Assembly (NCBI GenBank): GCA_031372065.1
Contig: JANMKN010000243.1
Coordinates: 1-29,007 of the forward strand
From: Abditibacteriaceae bacterium
GTDB lineage: Bacteria; Armatimonadota; Abditibacteriia; Abditibacteriales; Abditibacteriaceae
Reading direction: 5' to 3'
Length of the DNA stretch: 29,007 bases
How positions within the stretch are numbered: position 1 is the first letter of the stretch; every line of letters begins with the position of its first letter. Shown in pieces: positions 8,601 to 16,493 of this stretch. The notes under the pieces are model-generated. The model did no database searches, was not told where the DNA came from, and saw only the letters and a list, made by a program, of their open reading frames with translations. A program made the position numbers and the translations under genes.

Positions 8601-10240
8601 GCGTTACACTGCCAGCCGGAGCCAGCGTCACCTTGAAATTTGCGATGCGCGTGGCAGTCGCGGCCCCTTTCACCGATGTTTTACGCGTGAAAGTAGATGG
8701 GACAACGGTGAAAACCTACACCGAGCCGGGAGCAACCGAATCGGGTTACAGTCTGCGCACTGTTGACTTGAGTGCTTACGCCAATGGGGCTTCTCACACG
8801 ATTGTCTTTGAATACAGTGGCGTGGGTGGCACAAGCAACATCGCCAACTTTAACGTGGATAACATTGAATTGGAAGTTTGTTCTTCGACTGCAACGCCAA
8901 AATCACTCTCCATCAACGATGTATCAGTTCTTGAAGGTAGCAGCGTGAACTTCACCGTGACGCTTTCGGCCTCAAGCACCCAAAATGTGAGCGTGCAATA
9001 TGTTACGAGCAATGGCAGCGCCGGGGCACCGGGCGATTACACCAGCAAAACCGGCACACTCACCATTCTTGCCGGACAAACCAAAGGCACCATCAACATC
9101 GTCACGATTGGCGATACCTTGGACGAATTGGATGAAACCTTCTTCGTCAATTTGAGCGCGCCAAACGGCGCTACCATCAGCGATACACAGGGACGCGCCA
9201 ACATCATTGATAACGACAGCGCGCCTTCTGTCACCATTAACGATGTAACAGTGACAGAAGGCGATAGCGGCACCAAGAATGCCACGTTCACTATTAATCT
9301 GAGTGCTGCCAGCGGCCAAACGGTGACCATTAATGCCATTCCTTCCAATGGCACAGCGCGCACGCCTGCCGATTATGTGACCGGCGGCGCGCGCTTGATT
9401 TTTGCTCCCGGCGAAACCAGCAAAACCTTCAGCGTGCCGGTCAAAGGCGACTTGCTGGATGAGCTGGATGAAACATTCTTTGTCCTTCTCTCTCAACCCG
9501 TCAACTGCTCGGTCAGCCGCGCGCGCGCTACCGGCACGATTACCGACAACGATGCAGCGCCTTCGATTAGCATTGATGATGTGCGCATTGGCGAAGGCAA
9601 TGCCGGACAGCGCACAGCGGCATTTCGCTTGAAACTCTCCGCGCCCAGCGGCCAAATTGTTAAAATCAGCTATGCGACGGCCAACGGAACGGCTACAGCA
9701 GGCGTGGACTATGTGGCTGTCCCTGCCACACAAATCGCTTTTACCGTCGGCAACCTTTATGCGTATGCCCGCGTGCTGATTAACGGCGATGCGCTCAATG
9801 AGCCGGATGAGAGCTTCTTTGTGAATCTGAGTAGCCCCCTCAACGCAACTATTGCCGACAGGCAGGCTCTTGGCACCATTCTCAACGACGATTCGGCCCC
9901 GTCACTGAGCATTAACGATGTTTCCATCAGCGAAGGCAATGCCGGCACCAAGAATTTGACGTTCACGGTGACGCTTTCCAAAATCAGCGGCCAAACTGTG
10001 ACGGTGAATTTTGCCACCGCCGATGGCGTGGCAAAGGCAGGCAGCGACTACGTTGCCAAAAGTGGGCTGCTTACTTTTGCTGCCGGTCAAACCACTAAAA
10101 CGATCAGTGTGCCCATAACTGGTGAAACGCTTATTGAAGGCAATGAAACGTTCTTTGTGTTCCTGTCTGCCGCGACCAATGCCAGCATCGGGCGCGCACG
10201 AGCGATAGGAACGATTAACAACGACGACACTTCGCAATAA
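2615..10240 (+). CDS. Large secreted/surface protein: 2 LamG/ConA-like domains, 13 Calx-beta repeats, 2 copies of an unassigned ~215-aa domain, 1 Cys-bracketed jelly-roll-like domain
   Basis: 2541 aa with signal peptide. Two homologous LamG-like units (ADYQ...YVQVVLTRD...GYLNG...RIRLFDGAL). Repeats with the Calx-beta signature (SVxEG...TVxYATANGTA..GxDY...GTLTF...DxxxExDETFxVxLS...GTIxNDD), 13 counted by eye. Confidence 0.88.
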   Translation: MKLQKHAALFMILLVALVAGVCRSAGAATLEADYQFNNTRASSVGVAPDLTDVGAGTNSFATEPVDGGTFPVLTFPQNNGLQISPTTNTISSGSYSVVVLFRFNDVSSYKRIIDFKNGTSDRGLYNYNGKLHFYSSATGNTTAIAAGTYVQVVLTRDALKNVVGYLNGVQEFSFADTSDDAVIDAANTLRFFKDDGGESSAGAVARIRLFDGALSANEVAALDGTPGGGGGGAANLRADYQLQSTYASSVGTPPNLSNITQTGNAANAFITTTVDGTTRTVLGFPQGNGVMLSGATGVVSSTSYSIVLLCRLTDITGYRRLIDVTDGTSGDIGFYNYSGNFQHFTGGSGTSTPITPNAWVQVVCTRDAAGNVAGYVNGAPQFAFVDNAGNALIDNAVRFFNNQSGGYESAGEIARIRFYDGALTAAEVAALDRLPGANTPSLFINDVTLNEGSGGSATFTVSLSPSSQQTITVNYATANGTAVAPGDYTTKTGTLTFAPGITTQTVTVAVVGDTALEADETFNVNLSNAGATLIIDAQGVGTIVNDDQLPTLSLNNVSVAEGNAGTQILNFPVTLSAASAQTVTVQYATANGTANAGDDFVDKTGTLTFAPGVTSQNVAITINGDTNVEPDEDFTINLTAPTNAAIADAQGIGIIVNDDGGTLQFSTSVYSVSEAGALATISVTRTSGSSGAVSVDYATSNGTASAPGDYTAKTGTLNWADGDTGVKTFTVPIINDGVTEPNETINLTLSNATGGAVLGIPKTATLTIIDANPAGLLQFSAPTYSVNESGPTATISVTRTGGSTGAISVTYATANATGNGSATAGSDYSAKTGTLNWAAGDTTAKTFTVAITQDTVVEGPETLNLALSSPTNGATLDNVKNTAILTIVDDEPLPTITVNNAVVDEGDTGTTPMTFTFTLSGPVTQNVLVDFKTGDTNPISATAGNDYTARRGTLTFPANTLMQTVVVQINGDTYREPDERFTMNLSKGVNVNLTGAGAKTQGIATISNDDANPRPSIVGGPVVLMGVDTEDGGVGGHGPIDSFVSVVNSILRNMTNDGQRILVIGGGKDAGDNPTTFWNEISLDTGQGVTYVNGAANISAQSFAGFAMIAVVSSEGQVGGGISQAENDALAARRTDVANFVNSGGGLLGFSQDGLGNPYNYIDRLGVFTVKTGLGYSAITPTAEGAAIGITKEITGPWHDEYLTFPNFLSVLATNDEDGKAAAIGGKLVTIGTTLRVNDVNVAEGDAGTKTLTFTVTLSAPTADPVTVNYATANGVAANNIGAATAGSDYVAKTGTLTFAPNGPLTQAVAVTINGDTITEPDEIFVLNLSNATGATIGDDQGIGTITNDDNVQAGSLQFSSPTYSVSESGPVATLSVTRTGGTGVAVGVSYATSNGTAVAPGDYTTKTGTLSWAIGDGAAKTIAVPIIDDALIEGNETFKVTLSAPTGGALIGTPNQAIVTIADNDSPPPPADGGPLILMGIDAEDGGPGSHGPIANYVAVVNSILGKVANGGQGILVIGGGKNASDDVTAFWNAIAAGTGKPVTYVNGATNISARSFAGFAMIAVVSSAAETSSGGLTQAENDALATRRTDVATFVNTGGGLLGFSQSGFTTPYPYIEGFGVFTFNTELSYTDITPTPAGQAIGITDALDVIAWHDEYLTFPAFLGILATNTASGKPAAIGGASVVIGNAIRINDVSTIEGNPPSGGAPGTKTLSFTATLSQASTQTITVNYATANGITNPATAGSDYVAKTGTLTFAPGVTTRPVAITINGDTIVEPNETFFVNLSNPVNATISDARGIGTITNDDTATAGTLQFSVTAYTVAESSDTATITVTRTGGSTGAIGVTYATSNGTATSGSDYVAKTGTLSWATGDSASKTFTIQILNDTVAETDETINLALSLPTGGATLGTPGAAQLTILDNDSAPVCSNVFTDSTLEAAAPNPAWTIQTSTAFGTPICDGACGDGGGAAGPQSGIKWAWFGGTDAAEISTLGRSVTLPAGASVTLKFAMRVAVAAPFTDVLRVKVDGTTVKTYTEPGATESGYSLRTVDLSAYANGASHTIVFEYSGVGGTSNIANFNVDNIELEVCSSTATPKSLSINDVSVLEGSSVNFTVTLSASSTQNVSVQYVTSNGSAGAPGDYTSKTGTLTILAGQTKGTINIVTIGDTLDELDETFFVNLSAPNGATISDTQGRANIIDNDSAPSVTINDVTVTEGDSGTKNATFTINLSAASGQTVTINAIPSNGTARTPADYVTGGARLIFAPGETSKTFSVPVKGDLLDELDETFFVLLSQPVNCSVSRARATGTITDNDAAPSISIDDVRIGEGNAGQRTAAFRLKLSAPSGQIVKISYATANGTATAGVDYVAVPATQIAFTVGNLYAYARVLINGDALNEPDESFFVNLSSPLNATIADRQALGTILNDDSAPSLSINDVSISEGNAGTKNLTFTVTLSKISGQTVTVNFATADGVAKAGSDYVAKSGLLTFAAGQTTKTISVPITGETLIEGNETFFVFLSAATNASIGRARAIGTINNDDTSQ

Positions 10241-10317
10241 GCAGGCGCTTCGCTTAAACGCAGCCAAGCCAATCTTTGCGCGACTTTTCAAAAATCACGA
10301 CGAGGGCAGGCCGAAAA

Positions 10318-11385
10318 TTACGCCATCCACGGCTGCATTTCCGCTTTGATAGCTTCTCCGCTTATCGCGGCTTCGGCCATGAGAATATCGAGATAACGGT
10401 CTTGCATGGCTTCGGCTAAAGAATAAAAATCGTCGCCGGTTTCGATAAATCGCGCCATGCCTTGCAAACACGCGGCGCAGGCGATTTCATCGTCGGAAAG
10501 GCGCGCGGGCACGAACGGATTTTGATAAAGCCACTCTCCATGCGCTGTCAAACCTTTCAAATACAATCCTTCGAGATTGCCGTTTTCGCCCGCGTTTTGG
10601 CGCTGCAATTTGGTTTTGAGCGGCGTTTGAAAATCGAGTAACGAGCGCACTTCGTCGTTATGAATTTCGCCGCGCTCTCCGCGCACCAGTAAATCCTGCC
10701 CACGAATCCACGAAAAATACTGGTCGCCGCAAAAATCGAAAACGCCCAACTTTTCGCCCCAATCGAAGGTGGCGATGCGTTGATCTGATTCAATCGTTTT
10801 TTCTTCTGCCGGCGGCCCGTCGCGGCCCGGCCCGTTGACTATGGGCGCTTTAAAATGCCGTGCGGTAATGGTCGGCAATTCATATTCAATTCCCAAAAAT
10901 CGGCGCAGCAAACTGATGCCGTGATAGCCATGCGCCACCGAAACGCGCGCGAAACTCGGTGTGCCAATCCAGTCGCGTTTTATGGCTTCCAGCCGCGCCG
11001 CGTGCAGCGGCTGCAAATGATATTGTTCGGCTACTTGCACCCGCGCGGGCAACTCTTTTAAGGCCTCATGCAAAGCGCGCAGACCTTCCAACGAAGGCGA
11101 GGGCGGTGTTTCATACAGCACCGGCACGCCGCGCCGCGAAAGTTCGATAACCAGTTCTTCGCCAACGCCCCACGGCACCGAAACTAAAGCAAAATCGGGC
11201 TTGGCGGCCAGTAATTCCTCCAGCGAATCCACAACCGGCACGCCCCATTGTTGGCTGAAAGCGTCGGCTTTTTCGCGGCTACGCGACAGCAGGCCGGTCA
11301 TCATAAAACGGTGGGGCAATTCGCGCGCGACGCGGGCGAAAAACTCGCTGCGCCATCCGGCGCCCAAAATGGCAAATTTGATCAT
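10318..11385 (-). CDS. Gfo/Idh/MocA family NAD(P)-dependent oxidoreductase
   Basis: N-terminal Rossmann motif FAILGAGWRS; VPVLYETPP (variant of EKP); VQVAEQY. Confidence 0.85.
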   Translation of the reverse strand: MIKFAILGAGWRSEFFARVARELPHRFMMTGLLSRSREKADAFSQQWGVPVVDSLEELLAAKPDFALVSVPWGVGEELVIELSRRGVPVLYETPPSPSLEGLRALHEALKELPARVQVAEQYHLQPLHAARLEAIKRDWIGTPSFARVSVAHGYHGISLLRRFLGIEYELPTITARHFKAPIVNGPGRDGPPAEEKTIESDQRIATFDWGEKLGVFDFCGDQYFSWIRGQDLLVRGERGEIHNDEVRSLLDFQTPLKTKLQRQNAGENGNLEGLYLKGLTAHGEWLYQNPFVPARLSDDEIACAACLQGMARFIETGDDFYSLAEAMQDRYLDILMAEAAISGEAIKAEMQPWMA

Positions 11386-11452
11386 AATTCTATTTTCTCA
11401 CGCCAAGACGCCAAGGCGCAAAGTAAAAAGCCCTTTTGCATCACGCAAAATG

Positions 11453-11493
11453 GCTCGCTGATGCTCGTTGGAAGCTCGCTGATGCTCGTTGGA
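11453..11493. repeat. 21-bp tandem duplication
   Basis: GCTCGCTGATGCTCGTTGGAA followed by GCTCGCTGATGCTCGTTGGAG. Confidence 0.9.
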
Positions 11494-11531
11494 GTGTGCC
11501 TCGCGGAAGCTGAAGCAACTGATTTATTGTT

Positions 11532-11738
11532 GTATTTTCCTAAATACACGTCTTGATAATCTTCTTGCTTGAATTTAGAAAGCGTATCGGGAGTTGTCTT
11601 CTCGTAATCCGCAACAACAGCTTTTATTACTTCGGGCGGCAGTAAGTTCTCAATCTCGCGACAGGACAGGATGTGAAGACGGTCTCCTAAACTCTTTTCC
11701 AGTTTTTCTGTCCTTGACAACTTGTTCTCGCCATCTTC
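11532..11738 (-). pseudogene. Internal gene fragment resembling the TOPRIM-side C-terminal part of OLD-family/AAA-ATPase nucleases
   Basis: The frame opens right after an in-frame TAA inside the right repeat arm, with no convincing start: EDGENKLSRTEKLEKSLGDRLHILSCREIENLLPPEVIKAVV...YLGKY. REIENLL resembles the 'REIENYL' motif I recall from such nucleases. Visibly AT-richer than the flanking genes. Confidence 0.5.
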
Positions 11739-11767
11739 CCCTTAGCGTCTTGGCGTGAGGCTAAAAA

Positions 11768-12832
11768 TCAGGTTAGTTTTCGCCCGTCGCGCCCGCCGCC
11801 CGTGCCCGCATAAGGTTCGCCGGGTTGCCAGTTATTCGCTGCGGGTGAGGTGAATTGTTCAAACGGAAAGCGAATTTCGCAATTGTGGCGCGCGGAAAGA
11901 TAGGCGGCTTCGCAGATTTCGAGGGCGGCTAACGAATTTTGCGGGATGGTGTAATCCGGCGTGCCGGTTTCAATTTGTCGCGCCAAGTTTTCGAGATGAA
12001 AACGATGGCCGGTAATCGGCAACTCGTCGGGTTCGATAGTTTCGCCGTGCGGATAATGGGCGTTTAAGATTTTGTAGGGCTTCGACCAACCATAAAATTC
12101 GATGTGGCCTTTGGTGCCCAGCAATCGAAAAACGGTGTCTTCGCCGTCGTGGTTAATCGGCGTGTAATCGCCGGTGTGCATGATGGCGCGGATGCCGCTT
12201 TGTGTGACAACCGACGTGACGGCCAAAGTTTCGACTTGCATTCCGTCGCGGAAAGTGCGCGTGCTTTTGTCGCAAGCGGCTAAAACACTTTGCATCGGTT
12301 CGTTGACTAAGGTCACGAAAAATTGCAGCCAATGAATACCGGCGTTAATAATGTCCCAGCCGCGACATTGAATTTCAACGAGTTTCAAGTCGCCGATTTC
12401 GCCGTTTTGCACGCGTTCGATAATTTCGAGCGGCGTGCGTTTGGCTAAAAGGCCGTGCGGCGTCACCATCGGCAGATTTTTCTCGCGAATCGCGTTTAAA
12501 AGCCGCTCTCCAGAATCCGAGTTGTGGCCGAGCGGTTTTTCCACCAAGATGCCTTTAAGGGGTAAACGGAGCGCGTCGAACGTGACTTCTTCGTGGCTCG
12601 GTGAAAACGTCGCCACGCAGACCACATCGAGCGGCACAGCGGCGAAAAGTGATTGGTGCGAAGCGAAGGTTTGCAAGCCCGCATAGCGTTCTTCGAGGGC
12701 GGCGCGCACATCGTCGCGCCAGTCGGCGGCAGCAATTAAATCAAAGTGTGGCGAATTTTGCAGGGCGTCCAAACTAAGGCGTCCACCCATGCCACCGCCG
12801 ATAACGGCAGCGCGCAGTGGAGAATGAGGCAT
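11768..12832 (-). CDS. Gfo/Idh/MocA family oxidoreductase
   Basis: Likely start MPHSPLRAAVIGGGMGG at 12832 (the ORF-track start at 12922 is an upstream extension); ILVEKPLG motif; GEIGDLK; GIHWL. Confidence 0.87.
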   Translation of the reverse strand: MPHSPLRAAVIGGGMGGRLSLDALQNSPHFDLIAAADWRDDVRAALEERYAGLQTFASHQSLFAAVPLDVVCVATFSPSHEEVTFDALRLPLKGILVEKPLGHNSDSGERLLNAIREKNLPMVTPHGLLAKRTPLEIIERVQNGEIGDLKLVEIQCRGWDIINAGIHWLQFFVTLVNEPMQSVLAACDKSTRTFRDGMQVETLAVTSVVTQSGIRAIMHTGDYTPINHDGEDTVFRLLGTKGHIEFYGWSKPYKILNAHYPHGETIEPDELPITGHRFHLENLARQIETGTPDYTIPQNSLAALEICEAAYLSARHNCEIRFPFEQFTSPAANNWQPGEPYAGTGGGRDGRKLT

Positions 12833-12925
12833 GAAGCCATTATCGAATGTTTGGCGGGTCTTGAAAAGAGTGCGGGGCCTTTTGCCTCGCTGTTTTATAC
12901 TGTCACGAGAGGCTGCTATCACATT

Positions 12926-15900
12926 ATGAAACGTTTCTTTTTGCTCGTCGCCGCACTTTATTTGATGTTGCCGTTAGCTGCTCAAGACACCAAACCCCAA
13001 CTCGCTTTGCAGATCGGTCACGTCGCGCAAGTGACGACTATCGCACCGTCCCCCGATGGCCGTTTTGTGGTCAGCGGCGCGATGGATTGCACCGCGAAAG
13101 TGTGGGACGCCAAAACCGGACAACTGCGAATTTCGCTCACCCAACGCGAAACTGAAACCGTGCCGGAGCCGGTGTTAGCCGTCGTTTTCGCGCCAGATAA
13201 TTCGTTGCTCGTAGCGACTTCGATAGGCGTTCTGCGTTGGTGGGATGTAGGCACTGGACGCAAATTAAAGACTTTAAAACTCACCGACGACGAAGTTAAA
13301 AAAGGCGCGACGGCAGCAGCTTTTTCGCCCGATGCCAAGCAAGTCGCCTTTGCCTTGCCCCGTCGCAAAATCGCGCTTGTAAATACCGAATCGGGCGAGA
13401 TTAAAATTACGCGCGGCGAACACGAAACGCGCATCAGCGCTTTGGCTTTTTCGCCCGACGGTCAAACTTTAGCCAGCGGCTCGGAAGTGCACAAAGAAAA
13501 ATCGCCTGACCCGGTCTTGGCGCCACGCGGCGGCGATGTGCGCTTGTGGGATGCCTCAACAGGACGCCTTTTGCACGTTCTTTCCAGAGCGGCGCTCGGC
13601 GCTAATGGCCTTGCGTGGTCTGCCGATGGAAAACGCTTGGCATCGGCGTGGGAAAGCGGCCACGTCATCATTTACGACACCGAAAATCTGCGTCAGAAAA
13701 CCCAAATCGCGCAATGGCGGATGTGGCACGCGTTGGGCCGCAATTCCGGCGCGCAAAGCGTCGCGTTTTCGTCCGATGGCGAAACGTTGGCCCTCGGTTG
13801 GCGCGGCGGCACACAATTATGGGACTTAACCGCCGACGAAAACGGCAACACTAAACGGCGTTTGCCGCGACGCGCGGCGGGCAAATCGGCGCGCTACGAT
13901 CCGATTTGGGAAACCGCTAACGACGAACCGCAAATCGCCGCTTTATTTAATGGCGAGCGCATCGCTTTTGGCGGACGTGAAGGCACTCTGCAAATGATAG
14001 ACGCCGCCGATGGCACCGTTCATTCCACTTTGATGCGCCTCAATCCACTTGGCATCGTGCGCCTCTCGACAGACGGCAAAACTATCGCTTCGGCGGGCGC
14101 AGAAGGCAATATTTCGTTGTGGGACGCGGCCACAGGCAGTTTGAAACGCGTGTTGCACGGCCATGATAAATGGGTGCGCGCTTTGGCGTTTTCGCCGGAC
14201 AGCAAAACCATTATCAGCGGTGGCTTTGATCGCACGCTGCGTTTTTGGGACGCGGAAAGCGGCGCGGCGCGCGGCGAAGTCATCAAAAAACTGTTTCCCG
14301 TCAACACTTTAGTCGTCTCGCCCGATGGCAAAACTCTGGCGGCAGCGGTTGCGCCGGGCAGTGTGCAACTTTGGAAGGTCACAGATTGGCGAAGCGGTAA
14401 AATCGAAGAACTGCGCCAGTTGACTGAACCCGAAGGCGTAGTGCAATCGCTGGCCTTTTCGCCGGATGGCTCGCAACTGGCAGCGGCGATGGCGGGCACT
14501 ATGCAATCGTATCCGCTCACCGCCGCCATCGGGCGCGGTGGGCGCGCGGGCCGCATCCTCGTATGGGATACCGCACAATGGAAAGCGCGCGATGAATTTG
14601 TGCCCGGTGCGCGAGCAATTGCATTTTCGCCCGATGGCGGGCAAATCGCCGTGGCAGCGGCCCTGCTTGATGAAAACGATGATGACAATGGCGTGGGCGA
14701 CAGCGTGTTGCCGATGGCGGCGCTTTCGTTAGCCAAAGAGCCTGCGCTCAAAGCCCCGTCCGCGAAAGCACGCGCCAACGATGTCGCGGTTTTGCCGGAT
14801 GACAAATATGCTGTTGCCAGTCGCGATGGCAATGTGCGCTTATTCGACGGCGATAAAATTCGGGTTTTGGAAGGCCATCATGGGCCGGTTTCGTCGCTGG
14901 ATACCTCGCGCGATGGCAAAACCTTGGTCAGTGCCGGTTATGACGGCACGGTGCGCATTTGGGATGCCAAAACAGGCCGTCAACGCGCTACTTTGTTGCA
15001 TTTACCCTCGGACGCCAAAGAAATGGACGACGATTGGCTGGCGCTAACACCCGAAGGTTTTTACGATGCCTCGCCCGGCGCGGCGCGTTTCATTCAATGG
15101 CGCGTCGGCGCCGATTTATTTCCCGTCGAAGCCTACGAAAAGAATTTTCGTAGCGCCGCTGCCATTAAAAACGCCTTGTCGGGCGGCATTATCGCTGTGC
15201 CAAATGCCGAATTTGCTGCTGGCAAAGCGATTCCTCCGCACGCGCAGATTGTGCTGCCACGCGCCGGGCAAACCGTGACCGGTTCGCCACTTGCCATTTC
15301 GGTGTCGCTGACCGATGACCAAAACGTAAAACGCGTGCAACTTTTTGCCAATGGCCGTCCGGTGGCCGATCAAAATGTGGCTGGACAATCCAAAGCCTTG
15401 GAAGTCGGCGCCAAGCCGCTGGAAATTGGTGCCAAAGCCTTAGAAATCGGTGCCAAGCCGCTCGAAATTGGCGCGAAAGCGGTTCCTGAAAGCCACAGAT
15501 TAGAATGGGATGTGCGCCTTGAAGCGCCCTTGCCGCCGCCCGACGGCGCGGGTTTGACTTTGAAGGCGCTGGTCACCGACGCCGATGGTTTGCAAGGCTG
15601 GGACGAAATTCGCGTTTCGCGCGGCGAAGCGGGCACCGGCGGTGCCTTGCGCGTGCTGACCATCGGTGTTTCGCAATATGCCAATCCCGCGTTCAACTTG
15701 AAATATGCCTCGTCTGATGCCGCCGCCTTTGGCGCTTTATGGCCCGCGATGCAAGACAAATTGTTCAGCAAAGTCGCAGTGAAAAGCCTGACCGATGCGC
15801 AGGCGACCTCCACCAATATCCGCGCCGCTTTAAGCGATCTGGCAAACAGCGCCGAACCCGGCGATGTGCTGGCGATTTTCCTAAGCGGTCACGGCATTCG

Positions 15901-16390
15901 CAAAAGCGAAAGCGAATTTTTCTTCGCTTCGCACGATGTCGATTTGAATGATATTCCCGCCACCACAGTGCCGTGGACGCAGTTTCAAAGCGCACTGGCG
16001 TCGTCCAAAGCGCGGCGCGTGGTTTTGTTTTTAGATGCCTGCCATTCCGGTGGCGCGCTGGGCAATTTGAAAGTGGGCAACGAAAGCATGGCCGAACCGC
16101 TCGTCAAAAGCGCCGGAGCGGTGGTTTTCGCCAGTAGTTTGGGCGAGCAGGTTTCGTTTGAACTGGACGATATTAAACACGGCGCCTTTACGCAGGCTTT
16201 AATCGAAGGCATCGGGCAGGGCAAAGCCGATTTAGATGTCGGCGCTGGCAAAGATGGCGTCATCAACGTCGAAGAATTGCTGACTTTTCTGCGCGCCCGC
16301 GTCCCACAACTTACCGGCGGCGCACAATTGCCTTCTTGCCCGCTTTTACGCGATTTCGGCGAGCCGTTTCCGCTGGCGCGCGTGAAATGA
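12926..16390 (+). CDS. Secreted WD40-repeat protein with Ig-like linker and C-terminal peptidase C14 (caspase/metacaspase-like) domain
   Basis: Likely start MKRFFLLVAALYLMLPLAAQD at 12926 (signal peptide). Many GH...AFSPDG...WD repeats. C14 motifs LTIGVSQY..LKYASSDA, FLSGHG (His at 15890-15892), FLDACHSG (Cys at 16040-16042), HGAFTQALIEG. Confidence 0.9.
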   Translation: MKRFFLLVAALYLMLPLAAQDTKPQLALQIGHVAQVTTIAPSPDGRFVVSGAMDCTAKVWDAKTGQLRISLTQRETETVPEPVLAVVFAPDNSLLVATSIGVLRWWDVGTGRKLKTLKLTDDEVKKGATAAAFSPDAKQVAFALPRRKIALVNTESGEIKITRGEHETRISALAFSPDGQTLASGSEVHKEKSPDPVLAPRGGDVRLWDASTGRLLHVLSRAALGANGLAWSADGKRLASAWESGHVIIYDTENLRQKTQIAQWRMWHALGRNSGAQSVAFSSDGETLALGWRGGTQLWDLTADENGNTKRRLPRRAAGKSARYDPIWETANDEPQIAALFNGERIAFGGREGTLQMIDAADGTVHSTLMRLNPLGIVRLSTDGKTIASAGAEGNISLWDAATGSLKRVLHGHDKWVRALAFSPDSKTIISGGFDRTLRFWDAESGAARGEVIKKLFPVNTLVVSPDGKTLAAAVAPGSVQLWKVTDWRSGKIEELRQLTEPEGVVQSLAFSPDGSQLAAAMAGTMQSYPLTAAIGRGGRAGRILVWDTAQWKARDEFVPGARAIAFSPDGGQIAVAAALLDENDDDNGVGDSVLPMAALSLAKEPALKAPSAKARANDVAVLPDDKYAVASRDGNVRLFDGDKIRVLEGHHGPVSSLDTSRDGKTLVSAGYDGTVRIWDAKTGRQRATLLHLPSDAKEMDDDWLALTPEGFYDASPGAARFIQWRVGADLFPVEAYEKNFRSAAAIKNALSGGIIAVPNAEFAAGKAIPPHAQIVLPRAGQTVTGSPLAISVSLTDDQNVKRVQLFANGRPVADQNVAGQSKALEVGAKPLEIGAKALEIGAKPLEIGAKAVPESHRLEWDVRLEAPLPPPDGAGLTLKALVTDADGLQGWDEIRVSRGEAGTGGALRVLTIGVSQYANPAFNLKYASSDAAAFGALWPAMQDKLFSKVAVKSLTDAQATSTNIRAALSDLANSAEPGDVLAIFLSGHGIRKSESEFFFASHDVDLNDIPATTVPWTQFQSALASSKARRVVLFLDACHSGGALGNLKVGNESMAEPLVKSAGAVVFASSLGEQVSFELDDIKHGAFTQALIEGIGQGKADLDVGAGKDGVINVEELLTFLRARVPQLTGGAQLPSCPLLRDFGEPFPLARVK
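15392..15481 (+). repeat. Intragenic 21-bp x4 repeat encoding K(A/P)LE(V/I)GA
   Basis: KALEVGA KPLEIGA KALEIGA KPLEIGA KA, with synonymous codon differences between copies. Confidence 0.9.
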
Positions 16391-16425
16391 AACTCTGTTT
16401 GCAAAAAGGATTAAATACAGTTGGC

Positions 16426-16476
16426 CGAAAAAACACAAAGGCCACCAGAACATTCTGGTGGCTTTTGTGTTTTTCG
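16426..16476. terminator. Long hairpin between convergent genes, probable bidirectional intrinsic terminator
   Basis: CGAAAAAACACAAAGGCCACCAGAA-CA-TTCTGGTGGCTTTTGTGTTTTTCG; A-rich and T-rich flanks; lies between stops at 16390 (+) and 16494 (-). Confidence 0.75.
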
Positions 16477-16493
16477 TGGTTAATTTCTGAATC

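Larger units (their letters stand above)
11397..11759. repeat. 20-bp inverted repeat pair built from ~8-nt CGCCAAGR units, flanking a ~320-bp insert
   Basis: Left arm CTCACGCCAAGACGCCAAGG (11397-11416). Right arm CCTTAGCGTCTTGGCGTGAG (11740-11759), whose reverse complement CTCACGCCAAGACGCTAAGG matches the left arm 19/20. Confidence 0.85.

Noticed and set aside
2573..10291. Long antisense ORFs over the Calx-beta gene (e.g. 4910-5965, 8972-9733, 3548-4126)
   Set aside because: Shadow ORFs expected from codon bias in a repetitive, GC-rich gene; no protein-like motifs.
11382..11720. 112-aa ORF as an intact gene
   Set aside because: TTG start without a clear RBS; the coding-like frame extends upstream to the repeat arm, and the C-terminal half runs through a tandem duplication and the left repeat arm. 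Treated as a fragment.
11397..11759. CRISPR mini-array, IS/MITE or integron cassette
   Set aside because: Repeats are inverted or directly tandem with no spacers. No cas, transposase or integrase is in the window, and I found no clear target-site duplication or attC core sites.
12746..12925. N-terminal extensions of the WD40-caspase (from 12746) and the oxidoreductase (from 12922)
   Set aside because: They would overlap each other head to head; the signal peptide starts at 12926 and the Rossmann motif just after 12832.
14020..14832. 270-aa antisense ORF within the WD40 gene
   Set aside because: Low-complexity Ala/Ser/Arg shadow of the plus-strand gene.
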